The position numbers and the translations under genes were made by a program. A stretch of DNA of 64,000 nt from Carcharhinus amblyrhynchos (Eukaryota): the NCBI GenBank assembly GCA_965287045.1, contig OZ336873.1:40920001-40984000 (forward strand). Reading direction: 5' to 3'. Position 1 is the stretch's first letter. Every line of letters begins with the position of its first letter. This document shows positions 12,490-24,950 of this stretch, piece after piece. The notes under the pieces are model-generated. The model searched no databases, had not been told where the DNA came from, and saw only the letters and a program-made list of their open reading frames with translations.

Positions 12490-13700
12490 GGTGGGGAGTT
12501 TCCACCCCATGGCAGGCAGGAGCGGAAAATATGAGAAGACTTAAATTTCGGTTTTGTCATTATGAAACCTATTCGCGATCATCCATTCCACCCATCAAGG
12601 GTGGGCTACATTTCCCACGCAGCATGTTGGAACTGTCATTTTAATACGTTTGCATCTCATTATACACACTTCTCATCAGATTCAACCCCCACACTGAATC
12701 AGGCCACGTTGACATAAAATTAGAATGATATGTTTCACAGTGGTACATAAAATGTGTGCACTACCAACCTGCACTTCATCACTTTGAGGTTAGTTCACCT
12801 GTCCTGAATCATGCAGGAATCAGTATCAGGCTTCACAAGCAGCACCACATCACTTTCAGGGGTAGCCACAGATATCTGTCTACCAGGCCAGTAATAAGAC
12901 GGGGTAGTTTTGTATGGACTGCAGAGTTAGGCCACCACTAAGGAAGAGGGCAGCTGGCCTCAAGCCGAAGAAGGGGCTGTTGGGTTGAGCTTTACTGGGG
13001 GTGTTGACTAGGGAAGGTTGCTAGGGATGTTTAGCAGGAGAAGGGAGGGGGGTAGGTGTGAGGCAGGAGGAGGATGGGGATGTATGTTAAACAGTGTAAA
13101 TAGCCTCAAGATGGGGCTGAATGAGGTCCACATGGGCCATAGGCTTCCACTTCAAAGTCAGACATTCATCAGAAGAACAATGGGATAAAGGAATACAGGT
13201 ATGGATGGATAGATCTGTGAGGAAGGGTAACCAGAACATGAAGGTCCTCTGGGAAGGTGGAAGGGATTTCCAAACAAAGAGGGTCCAAGCTGGTCTGGCA
13301 GTGAGAGTTCAGCACCACCACCTTCCAACCTGTAGTGTTGGCACAGTACAAAATTAAAATAAGAAGCTCTGCCGGTGAAGGCTTTGTGGGTGGACTGGAG
13401 GGCAGATACATGTGCTGCTTACAATGACCCGCAACTGAACTGTGCATTTCCAACTGAGCAAGAGGCACAGCTGAAACATGATAGGAATCTTTCAATGACA
13501 GTGCAGGGAATGAGGAAAGTCAAGCAATGATGCCCACTCATGAGAGAATAATCTCACAAAGTGACATAACCTTTCTCTGTGTTTTAACTCCTTATTCGCA
13601 GCATGGAAATTCCCCAGTGTAATAAGGAGCTCCACAAACTGGCAAATGGACAAGCTCCAGATGCCTGTCACAAAGTTGACACTAGATGCTACACTGAACA
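12490..13700 (+). mobile_element. Decayed Harbinger remnant (Myb/SANT-gene side)
   Basis: The ~13370-13525 segment ends ...cagtgcagggaatgaggaaagtcaag, resembling the QC-RK end of the Myb exon seen at 30922-31150. Confidence 0.35.
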
Positions 13701-13845
13701 GAAGCCTCAGGCCCTCTCAAATAATCTCAATTTCTGAATGAACATTTACTTTCCTGTTTATTCCTAAATTCACTATAGTGCAGGAAATGAGTGTGCACTG
13801 CCTGCACTGAAAGCAGCATATGAAAGCTCCTGGCCAAAGCAATAT

Positions 13846-14497
13846 TGTGGCAGTCTGTCACATTGAAAGTGGAGGGGGGCTATAATCTCAATACATACCC
13901 CGCACTAGCCATCATTTCAGATTGGGAGTATGGTATGACAGGGGAGCAAAGCCCTAGAATCCAAATTCATTGACGATTCATTGAAAAAAATGAGGAGTTT
14001 TGGAAACTAATGATGATACTTCTCGATTTCTCATTGATACTGCAAAGAGGGGACCATCAGGAAGATGGAGCTGAATTTATTGCTTCCTGTATTTTCACGG
14101 TCAGGCGGTAAAGAAGAAGACTCTGACAAAAGCACCTGGATTGCCAAAGGGGGATGCAACACCCACTAAAGGCCTGTATGATTTTGGTGCTAACGAATGC
14201 TGGAAGGGATTTAAGTCTGTGAGGCCTTTAAGGCTTAAGTTGGATAGATAGCTGTTAAGAATTATAGATTTTCATGTTCAAGTATCCCATTTGGCAAAAG
14301 TTCTGCTATTTCTTTTTGTTGCATTCAAAATGTTTTATTAACGAAAGTTTGTTTTGATAAAAACTTTGTGAGTCAATAAAAGCACACCTGGAGGGAAACA
14401 CCTCATGTCACACTAATGCCAAAAAAAAATCAAATAAAGTTGGGGGCCTCGGCTAACTTCATGATATACCTTGGAGTTTCTAATTTGGTCCCTAACT
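13846..14497 (+). mobile_element. Possible solo LTR
   Basis: Starts TGT, has internal AATAAA signals near the 3' end, and ends ...tttggtccctaac; no clear TSD. Confidence 0.3.
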
Positions 14498-15159
14498 CCC
14501 ATGAGAGCAACATTTGCAATAAATGGAATGGGGGGGCTGGGAAGAGGCCGGGGGTACAGATACGCACAGGGACCATGGCATCACACCTGATTTGACAGTA
14601 ATAGAGCTTACCATAAAAGGGAAGCCTACACAAGATGAAATACAAAATGGGTACTATTTGATTCACATTTGTGTACATGATATACACGTTGTGAACACTC
14701 GTACAACATTGTGTTCCTAAATATATGTTTAGCTTTCCTAATCTCACTGCTACATCGAGAAGTACCATCATTAGTTTCCAAAATTCCTGACATACAGAGG
14801 TGGAGTCAGCTTACTGGCTTCTACACTCTATTGTCTGTGATGACCTTGGCATGTGAGCTCTGGTGGCCTGAGAATTGGAGGATCCCAAGGTTGGGTATCC
14901 TGCTATGGAACAGGTGCACTCTCCTTGGTCAGTGGAGCTAGACGTGGTAGGTTCGTAAGAGAAGAGGAGTTTTGAATTGTTTAGAATCCTGGAGTCGCCC
15001 AGCTGGATGGCCTCAGGATATCCAGCTGCTAGTCCTCCTCCCTCTGGGTGTCCAAGTGTCGCTGGCTGATTCCTTGAAAAGGGGCAGCTGGAGTGAGATG
15101 TAGCCGCTGATGGATGCCACAAAGGGCTACAGGGATAGACTGCTGTTCCTGCGGTAGAG

Positions 15160-15475
15160 CAGGGAGTGCCATCTTTCAGACAAGATGTTAAACTGAGCCA
15201 AGCCTTCTTTCTAAGATGGACGCAAAATATCTCAGGGTACTAGTTCGGTAAGAAAGGGAGTTATCCACAATGTCCTTAGCAATACTTAGTTCTCAAATCA
15301 ACATCACAAAACCAATTATTGGGGCATTATCACATTCCTGTTTTCTGTGCAAATTGAGTGTCGCGTTTCCAATATTTCATGAGTAACTACACTTCATAAG
15401 GTACTTCATTGACTGTAACATGCTTTGGGACATCCTGAAATCATTGGTGCCATGTATATGTAAGTCGTTCTTTTG
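15160..15475 (+). mobile_element. Deu-domain SINE (SacSINE1/AmnSINE1-related)
   Basis: gtgccatctttcagacaagatgttaaactgag...gatggacgcaaaatatctcagggtact resembles the Deu domain; tail tacttcattgactgtaa..ctttgggacatcctga. Confidence 0.7.
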
Positions 15476-15580
15476 TACAAAATTGCAGATAACATTAAGA
15501 TGCAACAATATTCAGTTTTGGTAATTTATCTAATTTTGTAGAATGCTTTTTTGAGTTTCATCAATGGATTTTCTACCTAC

Positions 15581-15635
15581 GCAGATGCGGAAGGTTGCAA
15601 TATATGAGTTAAAGAAGATTTAGACTCCTTAGTGA
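15581..15635 (-). CDS. Candidate penultimate 55-nt coding exon (xTKESKSSLTHILQPSASx)
   Basis: Acceptor gtttcttattgtttcag|, donor |gtaggt; open frame in phase 1 to phase 2; splices in frame to 9948-10071. Confidence 0.45.
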
Positions 15636-15809
15636 CTGAAACAATAAGAAACTTCTGGAGGCATGTTATCCCAATGATTTTCCTTCAATGGATGGAAGCT
15701 AAATTTAAATTACTTCAGTCTGTCATTAACCTCTTTGTGTTGAAGATGATTCTTTCTGGTAGATGATTGGATGGAATTGAGATGTCAGTGTTGACTGTGG
15801 ATTCACAGA

Positions 15810-16060
15810 TGGTTGTGAGCCCTATCTTAGCCTTGCAGGCTTTCCCACAGTGAGGACACTGTTTGTCAGCCAGGAGAGATAGTGGCAGACTGTTGACTCA
15901 AGCAACTGTCCTCCCTTTCTCTCTCTTTTGCCGTTCTCTCTGTATTTGTTGATTGGAAGATCCTGACATCATTTTTGATGATGAATCACCTGCTTCCCAT
16001 GTGTTGGCATTAATAGAGCAGAACTTCATGGAGGCTTTAGACATATGAACAAATAATTTC
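15810..16060 (-). mobile_element. RTE-like LINE 3' fragment
   Basis: Reverse complement encodes CPHCGKACKAKIGL, like the C-terminal CxxC..RIGL motif of RTE-clade ORFs. Confidence 0.55.
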
Positions 16061-18059
16061 TTTAATCATATGCTGATGAACTAATGGGAGGAAAACTTTC
16101 TTTCTGCTGCCTGTAAGGTTCTATGTGAAATAATGTTGGGAAATCTCAACCAATTTCCATTGGCCTACAGCATAAAACAACCTTAATTCAGCACTAATCA
16201 TCAATTTTGTTTGAACAGGCTACAGAATAGATAGCTTGGGAAATAGAAAAATATCAAACTGGTCTAAGGAGGAGTGTACATGAGGTTGGGAAGAAGTATT
16301 TTGTTGGGGATAGACTTCCTTCTGTACCCAAGTGCCGTATACCTGAATTGAAGGTACTGAAACTATGTGCCTGAAATCAAAAGTGTCCCATTCCCCAGCA
16401 CTCACATCCTATAATTTTGAGAAAAAAAGAACAATTTACAAATCAATAAATTTTGCTCCAACCTATGAAGATTTCAAATGAAGTATTTTGAAGAAGAAAT
16501 AATCTCAAAGAGTAATGCTCAAGACAAACAAATACCAATCATTTTTCAAATTAATTCAGCTCATTCGACATTTTTTTTCATGTCTGCTGAATGCTGGGAA
16601 GTCCATGTAACTTTGTGCCTTCTATAATCAGCATTTTAATTCCAAAAGACCTAACCACAAAGTTTCAGGTTGTGTTCTCCTCACCAACTGATGGATTTCC
16701 TCAGCTCACCAGTTACAAAGCTGGAAGTGCTACAATCTGCCTGGTCCATTTGATAACATTTGCACAGCTACTCATTCTACCACTCAAGGATGAACAGTTT
16801 TAAAACACCTTTTAAGATTTGAAATCAAAAATGTGCCTTTTTAGTCTAGCAGTTTCTAAAACAAAATTAAAAATTGCCAATTTCAATGCAGCCATGTAAA
16901 GGATTTTTTTTAAGAGCAAATAAAAACCATCCCAAAACAAAGGATGAAAATCACCTTGCATCATTCCAGATGCCTTCTAGCAACTATATTATAAAAGGCA
17001 TGATCAGAAAGTATAAAACAAGCTACTCATCCCCTTTCTCAGCTTGGGAAAATAGTGCAGAGAAGAAAAAAAGGGGACACATGATGCTTAAAATAAATTT
17101 AAATTCTAATTGTATAGAACCAATAAAATCAACAACTATTTTATTTTTAATTATTGAAGGTATGTCCAACAGCTTTCCTACCATACCCATAAGGTTTGTG
17201 ACCACATGGTTTATGGTAATACACTTGTTTCACCATTATTTGTCACTGAATCCTCCTTCCAAGAGATTAATAAAATATCTGAAGATATGCATATATGTTT
17301 TTAGTCACAAAACAAACTATGGAACTAAAAAAATCATTTTAAAACCGATTAGCGAAATAAAAGGGGTCAATCACCTTTTGAAAGAGCCAAAGGCAGATCA
17401 CATAACTTACTGGTTGGCATGAAAACAGAAACACCATTGTGCTTGTAGTACTCCTCATTAAAACTAAATCAAACTTAAATTAATGAAAAAACATTTAATT
17501 ATGAGTGTTATAAATAGAATATGCAGCAAAGGTCAGTGAATTATGATTTTTATTTCCATTCTTGAGACAGGCCATAATTTATCTGAACTGTTTATGGTCA
17601 TAACTTATCGAGTCTGCCTCATTTGTGGAAGTAAAAATGTCTCACTGCCCTCTGTAGCATGACCTCAACATATTGGTTTTAAGTTTCATTTAGTTAATGG
17701 TATGAATACATAATTGTAAAAATTTCACTTAACAAAATCACATAATGCTCTAACTCAATAAATAATGTCAGCATTGCAACAATTCAGTTTAATTCAATTT
17801 TTCTTGTTTCTTCATTAGATTATGCTGTTTTGCTAAGTAATGGACATTGCTCATAACTGTACTGCTTTCAAAAGTGCTTTGAATATAGTGCATAAAATGC
17901 ACTTTTCAGGTCTACTGTATAATAAATCAACAAAATATGCAAATAATTTCAGAAACTTTATAATTTTAAACAATTATATTTAAGAGATATGTTAAGTAAG
18001 ACAGTGTTAAAATAACACTGGTGCTTTAAGTAAGAAAGTATGAAACATCTCACGTTATT

Positions 18060-18330
18060 ATTGCATATACATGGGTTCTGTTTCGGCACCATCCAGAATA
18101 AACACAAATTTTCATGATTAATTTGTTGCCATCCATCAGCTATTTTAATCATAGGTGCATCAACTAAAATGGATATATTTTGGTCATGTGACTTAATTCC
18201 GTTATGGCTTGACTGCACTAAATGGGAACTACATCACAATGAGACCTCTGATCGCTGTGAGCATTTCATGTGGTAATCTGTTAAGTAGTTGTTACGTCAT
18301 AATGTCTCCCTCAGGATTTCTAAAATGCTG
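18060..18330. promoter_or_regulatory. Candidate conserved non-coding element
   Basis: Repeat-free; PBX-HOX site TGATGGATGG on the minus strand (18129-18138); several TAAT cores. Confidence 0.35.
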
Positions 18331-19124
18331 CCACATTCTAAGAATCAAGCATACTTAGCAATTCGTACTTACTCCTACCTTTTTTATTAAATGCACAATA
18401 TAAACAATTAGAACCAGCACAATTCAGTTGCGTGTTTTGCAGGAAATAAAACTTTTTTTTTATGTATTACTGTTTTACAGTTAAGGTCAGCTAAATTACC
18501 CGTAATATTTTTAAAAAGGCACTATATATAATACTGTTTTGCATATTTTGAAGAGCTTGCCATCATTATGGTCACATATCATAAACAACATTTATTTAAA
18601 AAAAAGCACAACTGCCTGCCTTATACATTTCTTGCTTCCAATCAAAAATAAGCTCCTTTTTTCCTGTCTTTTGATGAAGATAGCAATTTACGTTGGAATG
18701 CAGCTGCAACAACAACAATTTTCCTTTACCTCAGTCAAACGAATACTCTATCTGTGATGACAAAAGAGTATCAACCATCATGGCAAAACCAAACTCAATC
18801 CTGCCCTGACATCCAGACACTCATATGTTCCTGCACGGAACACTGCATAGCAATCAGGAGTAAGAAAACTGCCAATTTTTCTTCTCTCTCCTGCACATAG
18901 TGAGAACGGTGCCTTATTCCAACTGGGGAAGGTAGCTGAATGTGAACCTGAAATTGAACCAGACCACATTTAAGGTGCAGTTGTTCACTCAGCCATTAGA
19001 GAAACCCAAAAAAACCCTTAAAAATTGTAATCTGCAAAATGGCAACTGCTATATCCTCAACACAAGAACCTGCCATTAACTTGGAAAATGGTGGGTACGT
19101 CTAGTGTTCAAAAACACAAGACAT

Positions 19125-19475
19125 ATTTAGATTTATATAGCACCTTTCATGGATGTCTCAAAGTATTTTCTAGGCAATGAAGTACTTTTGAAGTTGTAAC
19201 ATAGAAACAAAGGCAGCCAAATTGCACACAGCAAACTCCCAAAAACAGCACTGCAATGATGATCACATAACTTAGTTTTTTTGTTATGTTGACTGAGGGC
19301 TAGATATTGACCAGGACACTGGAAAATAACTCCCTGTTCTTTACTAAAAGTGGTGGCATTGAATTTTTTTTTACGTCAATCTGAGATGACAGAGTACTCC
19401 TTCACTACTGTACTTGAATGTCAGCCTTGATTTTTGTGCTCAGGTGCTGGAGTGGGACTTTAACCCATAATTTTG
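19125..19475 (-). mobile_element. Deu-domain SINE, split by the adjacent CR1 (its head resumes at ~20387-20426)
   Basis: atttatatagcacctttc...ccaggacactggaaaataactccctg...gagtgggactttaacccataa, continuing after the LINE as ttttatgattcagaggc...ctgaaccatggccgaca. Confidence 0.7.
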
Positions 19476-19479
19476 CAAA

Positions 19480-20385
19480 TTGTGTGGAGGGTGTGGAAAG
19501 TCTGCAGAGATCTGGATAGGCTGAGTGAGTGGGCGAGGACCTGACAGATGGAGTATGTCAGCAAGTGTGTGGTTATCCTCTTTGGCAGAAATAATAGTAG
19601 GAGGGATTATTATTTAAAAGGCGAAAAGCTGCAGCATGCTACGCTGCAGAGGGACCTGGGGGTCCTTGCGCACGAGTCGCAAAAACCCTGTCTGCGGGTG
19701 CAGCAGATGATCAAGGAGGCGAATGGAATGTTGGCCTTTACAGCGAGGGGGATAGAATACAAAAGTAGGGAGGTCTTGCTGCAACTGTACAGCGTACTGG
19801 TGAGGCCGCAGCTGGCGTACTGTGTGCAATTTTGGTCGCCGCACTTGTGGAAGGATATATTGGCCTTGGAGGGAGTGCAGAGAAGGTTCACTAGGCTGAT
19901 ACCGGAGATGAGGGGGTTAGCCTATGAAGAGAGACTGAATAGACTGGGTCTGTACTCGTTGGAGTTTAGAAGGCTGAGGGGGGAACTTATAGTGCCGTAT
20001 AAGATAATGAAGGGGATAGATAGGGTAGAGGTAGAGAGATTCTTCCCACTTAGAAAGGATAGCAGGACTAGAGGGCACAGCCTCAAGATAAGGTGGGGGG
20101 GGGGTGCAGTTTAGATCGGAGTTGAGGAGGAGCTTCTTCACTCAAAGGGTGGTGAATCTCTGGAATTCTCTGCCCACTGATGTGGTGGAGGCTACCTCAC
20201 TGAATATATTTAAGTCACGGGTGGATAGGTTTCTGATGGACAGGGGAATTAAGGGTTATGTGGAGAAAGTGGGAAAGTGGAACTGATCCACTTCAGATCA
20301 GCCATGATCTTATTGAATGGTGGAGCAGGCTCAAAGGGCTAGATGGCCTACTCCTTCTCCTGTTTCTTATGTTCTAATGTTCTTA
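19480..20385 (+). mobile_element. Young 5'-truncated CR1 LINE
   Basis: ORFs 19548-20114 and 20104-20286 (LVRPQLAYCVQFWSP, FFTQRVVNLWNSLP); ttcttatgttct-type tail. Confidence 0.95.
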
Positions 20386-20426
20386 ATTTTATGATTCAGA
20401 GGCTAGCATCTGAACCATGGCCGACA

Positions 20427-20619
20427 TATATTTTGTAGCATCAGACTTGGTTTCCAATCGTAAAGGGAAGATTCTTGGACTGGAAGAATAGCATCGGCTG
20501 ATTCATGATCCTTTAAACATAGATTTCTCTTGAGGGGCCACTGGACTTGCCCTGTGGAGCTCCATGATAAATTTTCAATGCATATCTCTGGTGTGAACAC
20601 TACCATCTCCAGAATTAAG
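20427..20619 (-). pseudogene. Candidate decayed exon resembling the pre-ankyrin/first ankyrin region of Sowah proteins
   Basis: Acceptor ttttatggtttccag|. With one frameshift it reads GDGSVHTRDMH/ENLSWSSTGQVQWPLKRNLCLKDHESADAILPVQESSLYDW, against a remembered Sowah pattern GSVPLEPxEHEWLVKxAxGxWxQxxGLLLKDxxLAEKRDFMSGFTALHW. By-eye alignment only. Confidence 0.35.
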
Positions 20620-20639
20620 CTGGAAACCATAAAACGTCA

Positions 20640-20770
20640 TCAGAAAGATCATTGAACTAAAATATTAACTGTTTCCCTCTTCAGAGATGCTGCTAGGTCT
20701 GCTAATCATTTCTAGCATTTTCTGTTGTTATTTCTGATTGCTGGCATCTGCTGTAATTTTGCTTTTGTGT
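20640..20770 (+). mobile_element. Penelope-derived short repeat
   Basis: gaaagatcattgaactaaaatattaactgtttccctc..gatgctgc..tctgct..tttctagcattttctg; same family as 56635-56800. Confidence 0.55.
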
Positions 20771-22074
20771 TAATATGTGAGTCACCTATCCTCTTTATTG
20801 TTGCTTCTGAGTACACTTTGATCTCCTAACCAACATTTAGCCAAAATGTAAGAAGGGGAATTTGATCTGCATTGATGAATCAAGCATCTACTGATGATCT
20901 CCTTCCCATTCTACGTGGTTTATCAAATTTGGTGTTATAGGACCCTGCGTTAACAAAATTTCACCAACATTGGTCTCAATAAGCTGCACCACAATTACTC
21001 ACACATCAGAGCTTTAGATCGATAAATATTGATGGATGTAATTAGAAGCTATGTATTGTTAGTTCACCACCCAAAATCTATCCCATCAATCTCGCAAAAG
21101 AAAATACTGATCTGCTGATATGTTTTGTTATTTAACAAATAAAACTAACACTCTCCCTAGTTTTGAAAACAAATTAGTTGCAGATATCTTTGCAGTCAAA
21201 CACAAAAAATTATTCAATAACAGTAACATTTAAAACCAACTATGTGTATTCACTAATATAGTCATGTTCCTTTACTCTTAAGGCATATGAATTACTTTAT
21301 AAAAATAAAAGTTATCATACAAATTTACAGTAATGATCAGTGTGTCATAATTAGCAACGTCAACTGGGATGTACAAATAACTGCTCATGGTATAATTTTA
21401 TATTTTATCATTTGTTGTGTGGAAATATATATGATCATACTCCAAAAAAGAGCAACATAAATTATAATATCACTGTAATGTTATACAGGAAGTGCACAAG
21501 CACCATTTACTGAATCATGTACAGCTAAAGTAGTAATTTCAGTTCAACCATATTTTAAACCAAGGCAGCTCTGACTCAGAAACACATTATGGCCAGGCAG
21601 TATAATAATCATCAAGGAGTCAGAATGTCTGTTGGTCACCAACATATGATTTACAATATCAACCAAAAAACTTTATTTTTCAGTCTAAAATTATTGGGCC
21701 ACTTGATGTCAACTCAATGAAAATTCATCAGTCTTGATGGCCTTCTACAAGTGAATCTTGGCGATAAAATGTAAGTGAGCAAAAAGCAGCAAAAGTGCCA
21801 AGAGCTTAGTTTTCTATATCAAATGCCATTCTGAGCACCAATACCCTCAAATGACATGAGTGAAACTGTAAATCAGAGGTTGGCGGGCAAAGGACAGAGT
21901 TAACTTGTTTAAGCATGTGGAAGGAAAGCAGGCAAGGAAGGGAAAGTACATTGGAAGGAAGGATCTTTGTAGCCCACGAAGTTGAAGTCAGTAATTATTT
22001 TATTGTGCCCAAAAAGTTAACCAACATTGTCTCACAAACAATAAATAACCTAATAATTTGTTTTAATGATAATA

Positions 22075-22340
22075 GTGGAGGGATAAATGTCAGCCAGAAC
22101 ATCAAATGAACTCTCCTGCTGTCTTTTGAATACGGCAATAGGATCTTGCATGTCCACGTGAGAAAACAGATAAGGCCTCTGTTTAATGTTTCATTGGAAA
22201 TTTGCCACTTCTAACACTGTAGCACTCTACTGGTTCTGCATTGAAGTATCACCCTATTTATGTGTTCAGTCTCTGTAAATGGACTCGAACCCAGGACTTT
22301 CTACCTTAATGGTGAGAATGTTGCCACAGAGCCAAGGCTC
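22075..22340 (-). mobile_element. Deu-domain SINE
   Basis: gagggataaatgtcagccag..ctctcctgct..ggatctt..tgtccacgtgaga..ggcctctgtttaatgtttcat..ggactcgaaccc. Confidence 0.7.
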
Positions 22341-22834
22341 AACTAGCAGCATTATTGGCTTGTCTACTGTTTGTGGGACAATGCTGAGCACAAATTGATT
22401 GCCCTGTTTGGGCATATTAAGACAATTACTGCACTTCAACTTACTTCCTGGGCCACAAAGATCCTTCCTTCCTTTTACCTTTGGAAGCAGTACATGGAGC
22501 AGTACATCAAAGGCTCAGGTGTCACAGCAAGGAGGATCCCAGTTTGCATGCCCATCATCATTTGCCAAAATCATGCTGCAGTTTATGCCAGAGGGATCTT
22601 ATGGTCCTACTGACAGCGCACCTGCCATGGGTTTCCCAGCGATGAAAAGTGCATTCAACGGGAAACCCAGTTGACAATGGCAATGCCAAGAGATCGCACC
22701 ATCTGTGAGTGGTGTGCCACGTTCCGCCACCGTGCAACATGCAACAGAGGGGGAGGCAAATCATGCCCATGATAGAGGAATGATATTTCAAAAAGCTCAA
22801 GCTCATCATTGATGGTTTTCTAAAAAGACACAAG

Positions 22835-23050
22835 ATAGGACATTTTTCTCTGGAATGTAGGAGGCTGACAGGTGATCTTATAGAGGTCTTTGGGCATAGA
22901 TCAGCTAGATAGTTGATATCTTTTCCCAAAAATAGGTGAATCTAAAACTAGAGGGCAAAGGTGAGAAGGGAGAGATACAAAAGAGTCCAGGGGGCAATTT
23001 TTTTCATACAGAGAGTGATGAGTGTCTGGAACAAGCTGCCAGAGGTGGCT
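22835..23050 (+). mobile_element. CR1 LINE 3' fragment
   Basis: LECRRLTGDLIEV and FFIQRVMSVWNKLPE motifs. Confidence 0.75.
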
Positions 23051-23059
23051 ACAATACGA

Positions 23060-23240
23060 CTTGATTCATGAGGAGATAGATATTAATTGTAATGCATACA
23101 TATTGAATGTCACTGCTGGCTTTAACTTTTATGCCACATGGACCTCTCAGGCTTCTGTAGGAAAGACCTCAGATATTAGCTATTTCACTCTGTGCCATTC
23201 CATTGAGGAGGTAATTGAAGCATCACCATGCACTTCACAA
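23060..23240 (+). mobile_element. Harbinger (HARBI1-like) transposase fragment
   Basis: VTAGFNFYATWTSQASVGKTSDIS..IEEVIEA matches the VTAALNFYAxGSFQ..GISQ..IxEVTxA pattern. Confidence 0.6.
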
Positions 23241-23929
23241 AGTATACCTCATTAGAAATTCATACCAACATTCAGCAATTTTTCCCCAAACATGGCTTCC
23301 CCAAAGTTCAACACATAATTGACCCATTCAGCCATTTTGCATCCACCACAAATGCTACTTCAGAAGTAAATAGGTAGTAACTATTCCACCATAATACAAA
23401 TTGCGTGCGATTGGAACGTCCACCACAACAACAATGGGACCCTGGAAAAGGCTGGAGTGTAACAGGGAGTACTTCTACCTGTGCACTGTGAAGTTCCAGG
23501 TAAATCAGAGCACGTAGACAGAGAGGAAGGGTTGAACTGGGTCCTTAGATACAGCTGTAGTAGCACCATCTTGAGGTCCTAGAACAATGATATTGTGAAA
23601 AAAAAAATGAGAAAGTAAGATCAGTTCTGTCTGGGAGGAGTATGAGGTAGTGTGGGAGGATCACTGTGCTGGGCTATGGGCTCCTTCTTGGGACATGCTC
23701 TCACTTGGTGGTAGTGCTATGGTGGACGGGATCCAAGTCAGTTACAAAAGGAGAGAGATCTTGTTGCCCAGTAACAACTGAAATTCAATCAATACATTCA
23801 GTGCTGTTGAAAGGATATATAGAACTCAATAGTGTTGCAATCCCAGTGGATGTTCTAACCGGATGGAAAGATCCCAGAATGGAACCATGGCTCAAAAGAT
23901 CATAATTTTTAGGAAACATGGAGGAACAG

Positions 23930-24950
23930 TGTTACAGAAATGCCAATTAGCTTTTAACAATAAAAAAAGGTTTGACAATAATACAATACTCCTTCATGCC
24001 ACCCACCCCCACCTCCAATCTTCACAAATATACACAAATTTTCAGGATAACACGGGCTACAAAATATATCTCATAGTATGTTCCCAATGGACACACCATC
24101 CCTTTAATTGCACAGGCTAACTGTGGTTTGACACTCCATTCTGAAACTAAACGGTAGGCACCATCCAAGTGAATTTCTCCTCTAAGTCCCCCAGATGATT
24201 GTCATATAAATATTTGAACACTCCATTCTCAAAAAGACACACTTTAAAACATTTTTTCAACCAATGCTTTCCATCAGCTGCTTTCATCATGGATCTGCCT
24301 CCAAGTTTTCCAACTCTCCTTTGAGGATTCCTTTGTCTTGAATGTTTTTACACAAACTGTTGAGGTCCATTCACTGCTCCATAATTAGACAAGTTACTGA
24401 TTCACAGGCTGTAGTAAGATATCACAAGTCACATTAGTTACCTTTCTGGCTTCTCACTAGCCAACTCCTTCTCAGCTCTGTATATGGCTTCAATGAACAA
24501 TACTCTGTTCCAGATTCTTCTGTTCCTTTAACTTTAGGCTTCCTGGAAACTTCTCTTCATTTCTCTAGTTTCCTTAACTAGTTGTTCTTTAATTGTTCCT
24601 TGCCCCTTACTCCATTTTATGGCTTTTCTTCTAGCAGAGCAGAGAGAGAGATGTTCCTTTACTTCGCTAAGATCCTTGTACTCTGATTTCTAGTTAAAAC
24701 TAAACATGAAAAGGGTATTTTCTTGAAAAGGTTGCCAGACAGCATCTTATTCTTTCCTCAAACTCATTTACTTGTCACTCCTAAGCACTTGAGACATAAA
24801 AGAAACATAGTTTGAACTGAAAGCAAAAACCCCACATATATCTTTGTTTAACATGAATCTAACTAGAATCGTACCCTTTCCTACACAAAACACTAAATTA
24901 AATAAATCTATTCCTTATTTCTATTATTTAATGGTACCTGTTTCTTTACA
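23930..24950 (-). mobile_element. Probable solo LTR (~1 kb)
   Basis: TG...CA termini (tgttac...tttaca), flanked by near-identical 4-bp ACAG/ATAG. Confidence 0.45.

Noticed and set aside
17235-17270. Minus-strand ctcttggaaggaggattc (LLEGG) recalls a stretch of human CRNDE/CRNDEP as I remember it
   Set aside because: A ~12-nt match is expected by chance between a ~1-kb transcript and this window, and the reference is from memory; needs a real alignment.
16874-17422. 182-aa plus-strand ORF
   Set aside because: TTG start, AT-rich K/I/N/F-biased composition, no domain and no splice support; consistent with chance.
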